DNA of 64,000 bases from the NCBI GenBank assembly GCA_964016885.1, contig OZ024740.1, positions 189,286,001 through 189,350,000 on the forward strand, given 5' to 3'. The DNA comes from Eledone cirrhosa (Eukaryota). The translations under genes and the position numbers were made by a program. The stretch's first letter is position 1; every line of letters starts with the position of its first letter. Positions 27,096-42,000 of the stretch are shown here, piece by piece. The notes beneath the pieces were generated by a model. It was not told the DNA's origin and did not search any database. It was given only the letters and a program-made list of their open reading frames with translations.

Positions 27096-27665
27096 TTATC
27101 AATACACATAGTAATAATGTTGGGGAGATTAAATTCTAGGAGATATGTTGGCAACCTTCTTCATATTTCTCATTGATATTAAAACCCAGGCTTGTCTGTA
27201 AACTTTGTTAATGGACACTTTCCATGAGAATTAATTCCGGGAAGGGGGGAAGTATTATCATCATCAGCATCATTTTAATCATATATAATAATCATCATAA
27301 ATCATCATCGATTTCATCATCCTATATCATTATTATTTCCCTCCTCTGCTCCCTTCTCTTCCTGCCTCTCTTCCTCCCTCCCTTCCTCCCGGCCTTCCTC
27401 TCTCTTTCCCCTCTCCCTCCGCCTCATGATCATAAAATGAATGGTTGAAATCTTATAAGATTCATTTGAAAATATTAGTAGACTCAACAGATCATAGGCA
27501 CACACACACACACAAGCACGTATGGACTGTTTTGCATGTGCAGACACCAACAACTATATTAAGAATGTCCCCATGGGCACCCATTTTCATTCTCCCAGTA
27601 TATCTGTATATATATATGTATATACATATATATATATATAGTAATAATAATAAATTTGAAGACTA

Positions 27666-27774
<109 letters not shown>

Positions 27775-28125
27775 GGTTGGTGCATGTGCATATATATATA
27801 TGGTTGGTGCTAGGAAGGTCATCCAGTCATAGAAAACAAGCCAAATTATAGATTCTTATGAGTAGGATGTCGTCTCCAGACCAGACTTGACACATAACAT
27901 GACAAACTGTCTAACCCATGCAAGTATGGAAAATGGATGTTTAATAATTTTGATGATTTCTTTCGAATGAAACAGTTCTAGTCTTGTAGAAGCCATTTCA
28001 ATATACAAAAAAAAAAAAAATTATATATATATATTAATGCCGTGGTCAGGGTTTACACACTCTGCATTTCTCCATGAATTGAGTACTTCCATGATTAGTG
28101 GTTTCCCTGCTCTCAACACCACATA

Positions 28126-28190
<65 letters not shown>

Positions 28191-29454
28191 GTGTGTGTGT
28201 GCGCATTTTATTATATTATTGAGATTATCCTCTGTTCCTACTATGAGTTACACAGGTTCTCACTCTTCAATGGGAACCCAGTTGTAACAAAGTGTAATTT
28301 CACAATAAAAATATATTTAATACTGTCTGCTTTGATATAACATGAGAATGATGAGAATGATAATTATATCACCACCAAAACCTTCATTATGTTAATTTGG
28401 AAGAGCTCATTTCTTTTCAGGTTATGGTCTTCAGCTGGGTATTGTAGATATGCATAAGTGTAATGAAATGGTTAAACTAAGAACTAAGCTTGAAGTGCAG
28501 ACTTAGCTTGCTAGGGAATTATCACCATTTTGTAGTCAATTATCACCATTTTTATAATTATCACTATTTTGTAGATGATAATTTTGTGGTATTTTTTCTT
28601 GCTTTTTATTCTGAGTTTAAGTTTAAAGTCAAATTTAACTTTGCCTTCTGATGCAGATTAGTATATGAAGAATAAGAAAAGTACTCTTCAATACCAGCTA
28701 CATTATGCCTTGAAAGGATCATAGGGAAATAATTGAGCAAGGTGCTAGCGATCCCCTGTCATAGAAAAAAACTGATATGCAGTACAATGCAGAACAGAAA
28801 TCAAGAAAGAAGATAGTGATTAAATGGATAGTTGAACTTAAAACTGACAGGAGCCTTTTCATCTTTAACATTTTCTCCTGCCCTCTATTATCTTTTGAGA
28901 ATCATTATGTTGTTGTTAAAAGTAAATGCAAAGCTTCACAGTGTCATACAAAATATTGCATCATGATGGCCCTTAAACACTACAGGACAGAAGTGATCCT
29001 ATATTATCATTCTTATATGGAGCTTTCCTGTTTAAATCCATCGCAAGATCAATTGAATCTGACAACAAAAGCCATATAATGGCTGCTTGAATTGTTCTTT
29101 TGGTATGAGCTGATATTATTTTAAGATTGATGAAGTTGTTTACAACACATGACAGGAAAACTCACTTTCCTCTCCCAAGATAATTTTAAGTTTTATAATG
29201 TTATTGGATTTTTAAAAACTTTTCATAGAAAAGTACAATTTTGATAATTCAAAAGATTATGAAATATAGAATACAATAATGAATGGGGGAAAAGATTATT
29301 ATATTCCAACTATTGAATTTTCAATAGAGATGAAAGCAATTGTTAAAAGCAATGAAAGGAAACTGCACATGAAAAATGAATGACCACAAGAAAAATGAAT
29401 GGCTGCAGATCACTGAATGGGACTAGTAAAAAATTATAAAACCTCCAGTATAGT

Positions 29455-29640
29455 TTCTTCTTCATGAGAGTCAGCATCCTGAGATCAGCCTTAACCACTC
29501 TTTCTTTTGGTTTCTTCAGTCTTCCTCTTCTGCGGATTTTTTTCTGATTGGATCAATTATTATTTCTCTATCCAAGTGTCATCCTCCATAAATATTCACA
29601 TCTGTACTAGTGAAGTCTTTTCTCTTGCACACAACAGTTG
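29455..29640 (-). mobile_element. Highly degenerate RTE LINE 3' coding end
   Basis: Minus strand reads like CVQEKRLH...MEDDTW...RRGRLKKPKERVVKADLRMLTL, homologous to the C-terminus at 42270-42430 and 57990-58160. Confidence 0.6.
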
Positions 29641-30624
29641 ATTCTTTTTATACAGTTTTTCTGTATAGAACCTCGTAAAAACAGCTATTTTGCTTGATTG
29701 TCAGCCTTGATATTGTGCATACGCAGAGATAACTGTTGCTGTTGTGCTGCCCTTGACTAGTCTAAGTTTAGTTCTGTTACATACTCAGTTTTAATTGTAT
29801 TATCTATCCTCTTCTCTAACAAGAATGTATTTACTGCACATACCCTGTGCTGTAACTCACACAAAAGAATTTGTAACTCTAATTCTTGCCAGTAGAGTGT
29901 CTTGTTAAGGCTTCCTTTATTTTCCTGTCAGAAACAGCACCCATCTTTTTGTTTCTGCTCTAACATCTATGCAACCTTTCCAAATATACCTTTCATCTTT
30001 CCACCATCATTTTCATATTGTAATAGCATTTCTGAAATAAGACTATATGAAGCAGTAATGAAATGCTGGACAGTTGTATTGCTTCTTCTTTTCTCCTCAA
30101 CAACAGAAAAATGTTGTAATGAAATCTTTGATTGCCAGTCTGTGCAGCAATGCCCCTGCCATTAATGTCAAACATTTGATTTGGTATCATGACCTCCACT
30201 ATCAATTATGCAAGACATCTAAGAAACTAAATTGTATATTTTGTTTCCAATAATGCAAATTTTGATAAGTTTGTAGATATAGTTTCGGTAATGGAAGCTA
30301 AATAAATGTGTTAGATGATTAGTTTTAGTAAGTCTCAAATGGCTGAGTTAGTAGTTTAGTGGACAACCAGTTAAACATTCTAGAAATTTCTTATATTTAT
30401 GATTCACAGTGCTCTAAATGCCACCTTTTCACATATCTATAACTAAGTACCACAATGTGACAGAGTTCACCACTCTGTGCAACATTAGCATTGATAGATT
30501 TACAATATCTGCTTTGTCTTTCATTAAAGAGATTAACAACTATTCCTAAAAATAAGCCATTGAGAAAGCCATGATATGATAGCTCTATCTATTAGAAATA
30601 GCAGTCAAACTTACCACAGTAATG

Positions 30625-30807
30625 AATTACAGTGACTTCATTATCACAGATGATGAACTAAATGGAGATGTTATGCAATGCCATTATGGCTATTCCAATG
30701 CCCATGGAGACTTTGGATATGGTAAAAGGAATGCAGAAGGATCAAACCTCATGATGTCTTGTGATGGAAATGACCTAACAATCATTTGCAACACTAATTT
30801 ATCATAA
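30625..30807 (+). mobile_element. Degenerate AP-endonuclease fragment of an RTE LINE
   Basis: ELNGDV...GYSNAHGDFGYGKRNAEGSNLM...NDLTIICNT matches the RTE APE pattern DFNGHVG...HG.FG.G.RN.EG...L.I.NT. Confidence 0.7.
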
Positions 30808-31059
30808 GGAGTGATAATTTTGAGAGAGCAGTATAGTCATGATTGGAATATCTTTGATCATAGAGCTAACAGCAACAATTCTCACATCGCCTTTACACAG
30901 ACACACAAGTATATGTATGGGTATGTGTTTCTTTCATTCTCTCTCGCTCTCTGGAAGTATTTGTATGAACACTTTGACTTATTCATGCATTACAAGTGGT
31001 TTATACATACATACATAATAGTTTCTAAATAATGATATACATTCTAAAAGTCTACAGTC

Positions 31060-31333
31060 TGACCTGAGCCCAGAGGCTCATCATACCAGTACTTATTCTG
31101 GTTTCCATGGCATGAAGCAGCTGAGAGTACAATACTCCCCACTGGACAGGGCACCAATCCATCACAAGGTTAAACCCCCAGATATTGCCGGTATTCACTT
31201 ACAGCTGAATATATTAGAGCAAAATGAAATGAAGTGTTTTACTCAAGAACACAACACACAAACAGTCCAGGAATCAAGCCCGTGACATTATGATCATAAG
31301 TCCAACACCCTTACCACTAAGCATTTTGCCTCC
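31060..31333 (-). mobile_element. tRNA-derived SINE with CORE-like domain
   Basis: Reverse complement begins tggaggcaaaatgcttagtggtaagggtgttggac (A-box-like), followed by gtgttcttgagtaaaacacttc. Confidence 0.75.
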
Positions 31334-33887
31334 AGTATACATTCCTATATATTTAAATTTGTAATTGATAAATGATATTACACAAATTCAAAAGAATTTA
31401 GGAAATGGTTCTTGATTTCAGATTTGGATTTATTTGAAGTTCCCATTGAATTTATTACATTATGAATTCACATAGCTTAGAGAATACCATCACTAGTTAT
31501 TGAGGAGTGATAGCTGATAGAATGAAGACTTCAAAGACTATGACATGCCAGCAAATTATGACATCATAAAGATAAAGCAAACTGATAAGGAAAGGATCAC
31601 TCAGATACATGAGTGGAGGATCAGACAAATTCAGTTATGAGTTAATCAGTAGAGTAGATAAGTATCAGTCAGCCAACAAATTTGAAAAGGTGAGGTAAAC
31701 AATAACAAGAGAAATTGGTTAGAAGAAGAACAACAAAAGGAGATTAGATGACTGTCTAGCTAAACCTACTTACAGAATGGCAGAGATATTATTATTCCAT
31801 GTACATTAAGGTCTTTGTGGTTGTCTTATGGGAACACTTGGTAGCCTATTTCCAATACATAATAAATAAATATTGATACATCTTCTAGGAGCCAATGATG
31901 TGATTGATAGCTTATGAAATTTCATATTATCTGTGATGTTAGAATTTCATAATAAGACATGGCTATATTTTAATTCAAATGTAATAAATATATCAACTTA
32001 GGAACTATGGTTTAATTCTCTCCTGACTATATTTCCAATGTAATTCACTCTCTATGACTTTCAATAAACTTTGAAAATAATAAAAATTTAATGGGATCTA
32101 GTAATAAAACTAACGGTTTCATTATCAATTTACTGTTAAGAATAACACTTAACAAACGTTTCTTTCATAAAACTATATTAGAAGGATTTGATTTAAATAT
32201 TAACACTTTAAAACCTGATGTTTTGTATTATAGAAAGAGGGATAATCTCAGGAAAATTGTTATTAAAATACTTAACTAGACTGGTTGTATTCTGTATTGG
32301 TAAAATTCTATTTCTATAACGTTTGTGTCCATTCTTTTGTTCTTCATAAACTGATGTTTCTACTACTCAATTATATTATTTTCTCAAGTACAAATTCTAT
32401 ATATTACAGTTTCTCTGATTTATTGATCAGCCTATATCTTGTAAGTTGTCCTTAGTTTTTGAGTCAATATTTTCCTTTATTTTCTCTTCATCACTCAGAA
32501 TCTATTTTAATAAATGGTCTTCTATATGACATCTACTTTTCCATAAGTTACTTTTGGTTAAGCAATTTTTTTGCAGATTTTTTATCACTTGGTCAAAATG
32601 TAGGACAATGACTATGGTCCTTTTGAGAGGGTTCCATGTCTGGTAGGAAGCAGGAAGTTATCCTTAAACTAGTGAATTGACCCAAATGGTTGCAACACCA
32701 AGTTGTGGTTACTCAACTATAAAGTAGGGGAAAAAAACCTGTCGTCATTCAAGTAATCTGAAGAACTTAAAGTTAGTCAGATAGCATAAAATCATGATGC
32801 AGTGATGGAAGTGAGGTTTAAATGATTGATCCCTGTTTCTATTATCTGAAGTCAAGAATCTTAAAAAGTACAGTCACAAGGATATCACCTAGGAATGCTC
32901 AAGTATTATATTGCATCACAGTTTAGTTAAATGACATATCACCTTTTTTTTTTCGACTGTAAGTTACCCAGCATTATAGCATATCCATCCATATCTTCTT
33001 CCCATGTATGAAAGTTAAAACCAATGTAGAGTTGGGAGATTGCTGTACATATTATTTAATGATGATTAAATTCTAAATTAAGTGAACAAGTACAAACAAT
33101 TATTTTCTTCATTCCTACAAAAATAAAAACAAATGCTAAAAAAAAAAAGTCGAAAGAAGTGAAAAGAATTCTTTTTCTTTTGTGAAGTTTTAAATAATAA
33201 ATTGGCTATTTTCAATTTGCACTAAAATCATTTAAGAACTTCAATTATTTGTAAGATTAATATTTTTATTCTTTTACGCATTAATCTTTTTATTCTTTTG
33301 CTCTTGAAATGAGATTCTCTCTGGTATGTGTTTTTATTTTTTTGTTTTGTTTTGGTGTGTGCGTGTTGTTTTCTTAAGTGGTTCTTTAGTAATGTATTTA
33401 AAAGAATCATTTTCAAATTTGACATTTTACAAAATCGAAAGCAAATTTAATTCAACACCAAACAGTCATAAATAGTTCTTGCTTTGGCTGAAGTTAATTC
33501 ACAGTGATATTTCTCAGGTTTCTCTACAAAGATTAACTTCCATCTAAAGTGAATTCATTACCGCTTCTAAAAACCTCTATCTTGTTTCTCAAAATTCTCA
33601 GTATGACTAAAACATTTGCTAAATCAAACGTCATTATCATTCTCACCATCATCATCAATAAAATCGTCATCAATGACACTCTTACCAATAGCACCCTTAC
33701 TACAATCATTGTTAGTAACAACATCATCAGCACCATTATTAGAATTGTTACTACCATCATCAGCATCACCATCATCGGTTTATTTTGGCTAAAATGTGCC
33801 ACCAAGTGTTTAAATATTTGTAGAATTTAATTCTATCAAATAATGGCTAATATAATTTTTTTAAGTATTAAACTTTTTTCTCTAGTT

Positions 33888-34135
33888 GGTGGTGGTGTAT
33901 GGCCTAGTGGTAAGAACATTGAACTTACAATCATAATGTCCTGTTTGTGTGTTATGTTCTTGAGCAAAGCACTTCATTTCATGTTGCTCAACTGAAAATG
34001 AGTACTATCAATAGCTGGTAGTTTAACCCTGTGGTAGATTGATGTCCTGTCCAGGGGAGAGTATTGTACTCTCAATCACTTAACACCACAGAAACTTGGA
34101 TAAGCACTGGCCTGATGAACCTCTAAGCACAAGAC
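33888..34135 (+). mobile_element. tRNA-derived SINE with CORE-like domain
   Basis: A-box-like TGGCCTAGTGG; gttcttgagcaaagcacttcatttc; ttaaccctgtggtagattgatgtcctgtccagggg. Confidence 0.75.
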
Positions 34136-35539
34136 ACACTTTACATACACTTTATTTAGTCTCCTCTTAAACGTCCTTCACAGCTGCAACATAAACAACT
34201 TCTGGAAGGAATTAATACTCATTTAACTAACTCAATGCTTGAAGAATTGGATTTATGGTTCATTAGTCAAATGATGAAACTACACTTTACTCTGAGTTAT
34301 GTTGTTATTGTTGTTTATACGATGACCAATTCTAATAGATCAGCGGCTCTGACCATTCTATGTTTCTTTATACATATTTAATGGTATTTAGGTATGATTT
34401 GCAGGAGGAGATCTGGTTGCTATTTCGAGCAGGTCAAGCAATTACATACCCTCCACAATATGGTCTGGAATGTATTACTTCCATACTATGACAAAGTTGT
34501 GAGTATTTCAGTTTGCTGAAATTGCAGCAGGCTTATAAGCTTTAGTAACATAGTGATTGCAAATAGAAAAGGACTCTCTTGTTTAGAGATGAAGATTTAT
34601 TCCATTATTTATTTGCTGACATTAAAAAGCGCATGCTGATTGTTAAACAACTGTTTTTAGATAAGATGATGCATTTCATTCTTTAATTCAATGTCTAAAA
34701 TTGTTTTCTGTATACTTGCATTAATTAGTTATATATCGTTAGGTAGATTTGTTTTTAGAGAAATAACTGAACAAGATTCCATGGTTTGTATTCCATCATC
34801 AGCATTGTGTTGCATCTTTGGAATAAGAATAAGACACAACTTTAGCTGGTTCAGTTTATGCACTTGAAAGTAAATATATACCACATGAAGAACATTATTG
34901 TAAATAATGAGATGTTTTGTGTTTAAATTCTACTGAGGTCAACTTCGCCTTTCATCCTTCTAGGATCAATAAAATGAAGTGCCAATAAAGTAGCAATTGA
35001 ACTTCCCCTCCTCACAAATTGCTAGCCTGGTAACTAAATTAGAAATCTTTATTGCAAATAATTAAAGTGTTACAAAATGAATAAATCTTGTGATTGCTTG
35101 TAGTGTTAAGTTTCAAGTCCTTATTATGGACCATTAGAGACTCCCACTCATAAATGTCCTGTTTAGTATATTCTATGAACTTCTACCACACCAAAGCAGA
35201 CCTCATAGGAATCCATTTCTCTGAGCAGAAATTTTATTTCTCTTTACTAATTTCAGCTTCTATGAAATGAAGACGATAAACATTTATTATAATTTTAGAT
35301 TTTAGAAAAATATTCATAATAATTATATTTGTTCTTAAAGCATTAATTATAAATATGTGCAGTTATACTTGAAATATAAGTCATACAATAAGAGAAGAAA
35401 CAATATATTTCTCCTAGATATCATCATTGTCACCATCACTGCATCACCACCAACAACAACTACAATAACAACATATGTACAACTAAACTTGAAATATAAT
35501 CTTACAAAAAGAGAAGAAAAAATATATTTCTCTTAGATT

Positions 35540-35700
35540 TCATCATCGCCACATTCATCATCCTCACCAGCCCCACTACCACCACCACAGTCACCACCAC
35601 CACCAACAACAATACCATCACCTCCACCTACAGCAACAAGAACACTAACAACAACACCACCAACAACAATAACACTACCACCACCACCAACAATAGCAAC
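35540..35700. repeat. CAC/CAA low-complexity tract, preceded by a ~65-bp direct repeat (35367 and 35487)
   Basis: acttgaaatataa...agagaagaaa.aatatatttctc.tagat occurs twice. Confidence 0.8.
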
Positions 35701-36474
35701 TAGAAGATTATTGCTGGTTTCATTACTGTTACTTAGTTACATAGCCTGGACAGATTTATAGTTTGAATTTATATACTTACAAGCATTTGTTGTTGTTGTT
35801 GAAGTTGCCTCATCATTCTTACCAGGTGTGGTAAGAAATGGTAGGGAACCATGCTGGATATCTAAAAGCATTAGCTACTTCTGCTAAGAATGATATTTAT
35901 TGTCATCTAAGTAAATTCATTCATGTAATTTGCATGCAAAACGATCAATATTAGTGTAAAGCAAGGTTTAAATGCATAACCATGTTACACACTTGGCTAT
36001 AATTAAAAGGTATAGGATTTGCTATAATTTGATATTTAATTCCCTAATTATCTCCTATAATTAACTATTTTCTATTAAATTAACAATGGAATAGCTAATT
36101 TGTTTGTTATTTCATTTTATATTAGAGGCTTTTCTATATTTATCAGTTAGATTACTTCACAAATTTTCCAACTACAATACATTTTTTATGATATAGTTAT
36201 CAAATAAATAAGCCTGAAATAGGGAATACACAAATGAAATGTTTTAAACTACATTAACAGTTTTCATCTAATGTTTGAGAATGTTATTGAACTAAAATGA
36301 ACTTTCTAATGTTGCCAGCTCATTTCTTGGATAAGCCAGTCATTTAATTTTTTGTAACTTGATTAACTCACTTTATTTTTTATTGTGGTATTTTGACTTT
36401 GAAAATCCTTATCTGTTTACTTACAAAAATCCAAGAAACACTAGGAATCTACTCTGTAGAAATATCAATTAAAC

Positions 36475-36715
36475 ATAATGGTAAGTGTGTTTGATTTATG
36501 ATCATAATGTCGTTGGTTTGATTCCTGGACTGGGTGTGTTGTGTTCTTGAGCAAAACACTTCATTTCATGTTGCTCCAGTATACTTAACTTAAAATGATT
36601 ACCAGCAATACCTGGGGGTTTAACCCTGTGATGGATTGGTATCCTGTCCTGAGGGAAGTTTAATTCTCTCAGTTGTTTCAAACCATGGATAAGCACTGAA
36701 TGAAAACCATGAGAC
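36475..36715 (+). mobile_element. tRNA-derived SINE with CORE-like domain
   Basis: ggtttgattcctggactgggtgtgttgtgttcttgagcaaaacacttcatttcatgttgctccag. Confidence 0.75.
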
Positions 36716-37344
36716 ATGTTACCCAATGATTTATTGATTCTACTAATTCACTATAGAATGTTGAGTAAAGTGCCACATAGTGGGATCAAACCTGATACCA
36801 TGTGGTGTCAATTGAACTTATTAATCTTGCATCCATGATGGCACCTATAATTCATAAAATTAAATAAGTTTGCGTATTGTGAGAGAGTTACTGTTTTTAC
36901 TGGACCAGATCTATAAAAAATAATTTAGAATTAGTGTGTTTCATGACTGCAAAGGAAAATAAAGGTTATAGGAAAAGAGTGGGAGTATGATATGGCCAGA
37001 CAGTGTGGTAGATGAAAAAAGGTTCACCAGCAAAAGTGTTGAAATGAAAAATGTTTGAGAGAAGCAAGAGAAAAACTTTGATGATGATTCCATATGTATT
37101 TTCTTATGTAAGTACAATGACACAAATGTATATATGTACTTATATATTCACTTCTTAAACGTGCAAGTGAGGGGAATGTCAATAATTAAAAAGATTTAAG
37201 ATGCAAATAGTAGTTATATGTTCTCACACTGGCTATACGCCTGAAAAGTCTATATGCACACTGGCTATATGCATGAAAAGTCTATATACATGCATGTATA
37301 CATAAATGTGTATATATATACATTTACACTTACATACTGTGGCA

Positions 37345-37790
37345 TATATACACAACACAAAAGATATGTAGGAGATGATTTGGGAATGAAATAGGAGAAA
37401 AGGAGATGTGGCTTGGGAATTGTTAGCGAAAAATACAAAAAGAACATCTGAAAGGCAATTCGTTTAGAAAGAAAAATAAAGGCTTGCTGGAGACATTGTG
37501 TGGATATATCACAGAGAAACTCTAGCAAAAGCATGGGCATCAGTGACCTGGCATTACAGCTTCCGAAAATGAAAGATAGGATGATTGTATTTTGGAGGCA
37601 GGTAAGAATGAAAATGATAATCATTCATATGTGTTTGTATGATAAATCTTTGCCAGGTGTAAGTTAACATACATCTCATTAGCTTTTGGAGTATCAGAAA
37701 ATCCTTCCACTCTACTGACAAGTACTCAATAGAGTGGTCTAATAAATACAATGGCCATTTTACTCTGAGATGCTTTAGCCATTGTTCTAG
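37345..37790 (-). mobile_element. Very degenerate CR1/Jockey-like LINE fragment
   Basis: Minus strand has attagaccactctattgagtac (IRP.LEY-like), followed by a pyrimidine-rich stretch reminiscent of 905-1200; no clean frame. Confidence 0.35.
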
Positions 37791-38951
37791 ATATCAGGAA
37801 GATGTTCATTATAGGTTGTATTTAAACAGCAAGAGTTTTTGTTTATATGCAGTGCATGTAAGCAATATAAACAATTATGTTAGTAGAAGTATAGTTGGAT
37901 AGTTGTGACTCTAATGAGAGTAATTAAAAGAGACATTTGGAGAGGGAACATTTATATATTCTAGGATTAGTGTAGTTTAAAATGAGGGAGAACGTGACCA
38001 ACATTTTATGTGGTTATTTATTTGTTTTGAAGCAAATGAGTGAGAATCTGTCCAACATTTCATGTACCTATATATTTTGAAGGAAATGAGGTAACAATTG
38101 GTTAAGATTAGAGCATTTTCAGGTTTAGAGTGAACTTAGAAACAAGTGCTAACATTATATTGTTGATTAATCACAAAAAAAGAATATCCACTAATGTTAT
38201 AAAACTGTCACTAAAACTAAAGTTGATTGAATTTATAGTTTACTTTTAGTAAGAGAAAGGGGAGAACTTCATTTCCTTTGTATATTGCAACTGAAAGAAT
38301 TGTTCCCTTATTTACCATGAGCAATTTACACATGATAGAAAAAGTAGTTATAAGATATGCAAAAATGAACCCATATAGTATATAAAAACTAGATGTAGTA
38401 GGGTGAAAACATAATACAAGATATATTAAAATATAGTTAATAGTAAAAAACAAAAATAAATGTCTTTTGAATACTGGTTCTATTTAAAAAATTAATGTCA
38501 GTGGAATTCTGGTTCTCTTTCCATCTCCAGCAACTCAATCAGCAACCAGCTTCTGCACATTTCTTCAGTTTTCTTATTAGATCCATCAAGATCTTGTTGG
38601 TACTTCAAGCAGCCAATGTGTCTCATATTGCCTTCAGTGTGCTCTCATTTTTACTTTTATGTATCTTTTCATATCTTTGTCTTTCCTAACAGTTTGCTAC
38701 TCAAAGCAGTGAAAATGTAAACACACATACACACACACACTCACACACTCACCCACTCACACTTACACACACACACATGCATGCATATCCTTTTTTACAC
38801 ATCTACTTTTCTATGCTGGGATGAGTTTAGCTGGTCAGTGCTGGCATCAAGCCTTTTCATCACTTCTTTCAACAAGCATGGATATGATGTAACTTTCTAA
38901 AAAGCTGACACACACGCACACAAACATATATATATATATATTTATATATGA

Positions 38952-39110
38952 TGGGCTTCTGCACAACCTCTGCTTACCAAATGTTAATTACAAAGTGCAT
39001 TAGTCAACTCAAGGCTCTAGTAGAAGATACTTGCTCAAGATGTTACACAGTGGGGCCAAACCTAAAACCACATGGCTATAACATGGACTTAAAAGCACTG
39101 CCATGTCTGC
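38952..39110 (-). mobile_element. CORE-type SINE (third family)
   Basis: Reverse complement has ccccactgtgtaacatcttgagcaagtatcttctactagagcc...tttggtaagcagaggttgtgcagaagccc. Related remnants near 14625-14760(+), 18196-18430(-), 25010-25125(-) and 36730-36845(-). Confidence 0.6.
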
Positions 39111-39774
39111 ACCCAAAAAAACTTTATTGTACCAATATTTCCTCAAAAAATGAAAAAAGAAAAAAGAAAACAAAAGAACCTGATATGGTTTATATGAAGT
39201 TGTATAATCTTATCGATATTGTCTGAGTTAAATCCCAACTTATAAATAGAGAAGCCTATTTCAAATATGAGAAACCTACAGACTTCTAATATGCGCATGA
39301 ATATATACACACAGACATAAACACACTTATACATATGCACACACACACAAACAAATGCATACACACACATACACACATACACATATACATATGCACCACA
39401 CATACACAAATGCATACATACACAAATGCATATAATCACATATACATACACTTGCATATGTTTACACACACACATATGTGTACGCATACAGAGTGTATGT
39501 GTGAGCATGTGTGATGTCTTTATGTATGCTACAGAAATATAACTAACTATTATAAAGTAAAAGAGTAAAAACAAATTCAATTTTCTTCATATTTTTATAT
39601 TTTCCTGGGAACATTCCAGAAAGACAGCAACTGAGCTTACTAATATTATTGGCTACTTTGCTGAAAAATTACAAAATAAAAGTAAAGAGAAAAATAAAAA
39701 AACTCACAGAAATGTAGAAATGATAAAGTAAAAATAAGCCAGAGATAGCTAGCTAGCTAGTTAGATAAATATAA

Positions 39775-39812
<38 letters not shown>

Positions 39813-40439
39813 GAATGCATATTCTTTACCAAGAAAGTAAAAAATATTCTTCTCCACCAAAATATACTGAAGAATAAAAATGAAATTTCAATAAATAAAT
39901 AAATAAATAAATAAAATAAAATGATAAATACATAAATAAATAAAAAATAAGAAAAAAAGAAATTGGTGAATCAATGCAGAAAACAGTAACAATACTCTCA
40001 GAAGATATCCGATACTTATTAGAGAATTTGATTTTATGAGCCATTAGCTTCATCCACTTTGATTTCTTGGCACCAGTTTAGCTGTAGTTTCTAATTAAAA
40101 AGTCTATAACCAAAAGATAATAGTTAGTCAAAGAGCTGGTATGTGTAGCCAACATTTCACATTTTACTTGTCTTCTTTTTCTTCTAAGAGACACATAATC
40201 ATCCTCACTATTATCATCATCATCCTTGTCATTATCATCATCACTGCTTTATTTTTGTTGTTGTTGTTATTTTTATTATTATTATTTTGATCATAAACAT
40301 CATCATCATCATTTCTATCCTCTTTGGCCTTCCAATTCATGTCTTTTTTGAGAAATACATCAAGGGTTTCCTTTCTTGGAACTGTGATCAGGTACATGTA
40401 TAAACATGTTCTAGTTTAAAAACGTCATTCATGCTTTAA

Positions 40440-40661
40440 CCCTTTAGCATTTAAACTGGCTGTATCCGGCCAGAATTATTTCCTCCTTTCAAAACCGGCT
40501 GTAACCATCAGCTCATACTGACATTAAGATATTGTTCTTAAAATAATAAATAACATCATCAAAATCTCATAGATTCGAGATTATGTGAGATAATTATGTG
40601 AGATAAAGCCTTTTCCTTGAATATACAATAGTAAATATAGAGTAATATAAATGCTAAAAGG
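40440..40661. mobile_element. piggyBac-like MITE
   Basis: TTAA at 40436-40439 and 40662-40665; TIRs CCCTTTAGCATTTA / TAAATGCTAAAAGG (1 mismatch). Confidence 0.85.
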
Positions 40662-40854
40662 TTAAGAAAAATATTCCATATTAACAACATGTTGAATGTT
40701 AAAAGTATGTTCAAAGGAAAATGTGCATAGAGATATATAAGGTTAACAAAGATATTTAAGTCTAATGGGATTGTCCATAATTAACAAATATATTTAGGTT
40801 AGGAAATATATTCAAGCTTAACAAATGCTGAAGTTACAGACCCATCCTCTTTAG

Positions 40855-41010
40855 TTCATTTCAATTTCCATGGAGCAATGAATGACAAGAAATTTCTGTT
40901 CCCCACAATCACAAGTCCTGTCACAAGCCTGCTCCCAGGCCAGATCCATATCTGCTAGATCTTCTTTCACTAACCTCAGTCAGGTCTTGACAGATCTGTT
41001 TTGGTTCCTA
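40855..41010 (-). mobile_element. Degenerate LINE 3' end
   Basis: Minus-strand RSVKT*LRLVKEDLADMDLAWEQACDR resembles the RP.KTW...V.EDL......A.DR..W C-terminus of RTE-like ORFs. Confidence 0.45.
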
Positions 41011-41235
41011 TGCCCCCTCTCTCCCTGCTTTCAGAAGTATTTCTATTTTCTGGGACATTCTTTGCTTATCATTGAAGGTAATTGATACATATTCTTACAG
41101 AAATGGTTGTGTATCATTTCAGTTGTTCCATATCATCATCATCGTTCATCATGACCACCAGCATCATCATCATCTTTATAATTTGTGATTTCAGAAATTA
41201 CATTGTTATTGTTCATATTATTATCATTATTTCTT

Positions 41236-41420
41236 GGATTGGCAGTATTGGTAGAGTATCGGATGCCATGCTTTGGCGCATAGAGTTATGGCCCTTGCCA
41301 TTCTGAGTTCAAATCCCACCGAGGTTAACTTTGCCTTTCATCCTTACGGGGTCGATAAAATAAAGTACCAGTAATACACTGGGTATTTGCTGGCCTTGTG
41401 CCTAACGTAGAAACAATTAT
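41236..41420 (+). mobile_element. tRNA-derived SINE, relatively young (Meta-domain-like body)
   Basis: B-box-like gagttcaaatccc, then gttaactttgcctttcatccttacggggtcgataaaataaagtaccag; near-identical copy at 43605-43731. Confidence 0.8.
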
Positions 41421-41770
41421 TCCTAAGTAACCTGGAACTAGTGAACTGAGTAAAAATATCCATTTCATGTGGGTGCAGTTGAATTTAAGATGTTTGTCTG
41501 TAAAACATATCAATATCTTTATTTATTTCTTTTAAGTGTTTACCCAAATATATATTTTACATTTATATTCTCTCACAGGATTAGATACAGATCTAAAAAA
41601 CTTTACTCTTTAAGATTGTTCATTTAAGAAATCAATAAAAAAAACTGACAGCATGTGAAAAGTACAGTATGTAAAAGCATAGACACATGCATGCACAAAC
41701 AAACAGACCTTCATTTCCCACTACATCATGGGGCTTCTTTTTGTTAACTTTAATATATATATATATAAAT

Positions 41771-41956
41771 CATCATCATCATCATCATTTTTACGTCCAC
41801 TTTTCCATACTTGCATGGGTTCAATGGGTCCTTTTCAGCATGACATCTCTCCACTTGTCGCATTCCTTTATTATCTCCTCTGTCAGTTTTAGCAATTTGA
41901 GATCTGCTCTCACAAATTCTGCCCAGGTCTTTCTTGGTCGTCCTCTATTGCAACTT

Positions 41957-41958
<2 letters not shown>
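41771..41958 (-). mobile_element. RTE LINE 3' end
   Basis: (CAT)n tail, ttttacgtccacttttccatacttgcatggg, and minus-strand GRPRKTWAEFVRADLKLLKLTEE. Confidence 0.8.
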
Positions 41959-41994
<36 letters not shown>

Positions 41995-42000
41995 CAATAA

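Noticed and set aside
28420-28510. TTTCTTTTCAG acceptor-like site as the next CUB exon
   Set aside because: No frame gives the expected C..D.(L/V) CUB continuation, and stops follow quickly.
33888-33960. tRNA-like sequence (also at the heads of other SINEs)
   Set aside because: A-box or B-box remnants only, no cloverleaf, and they run straight into SINE bodies.
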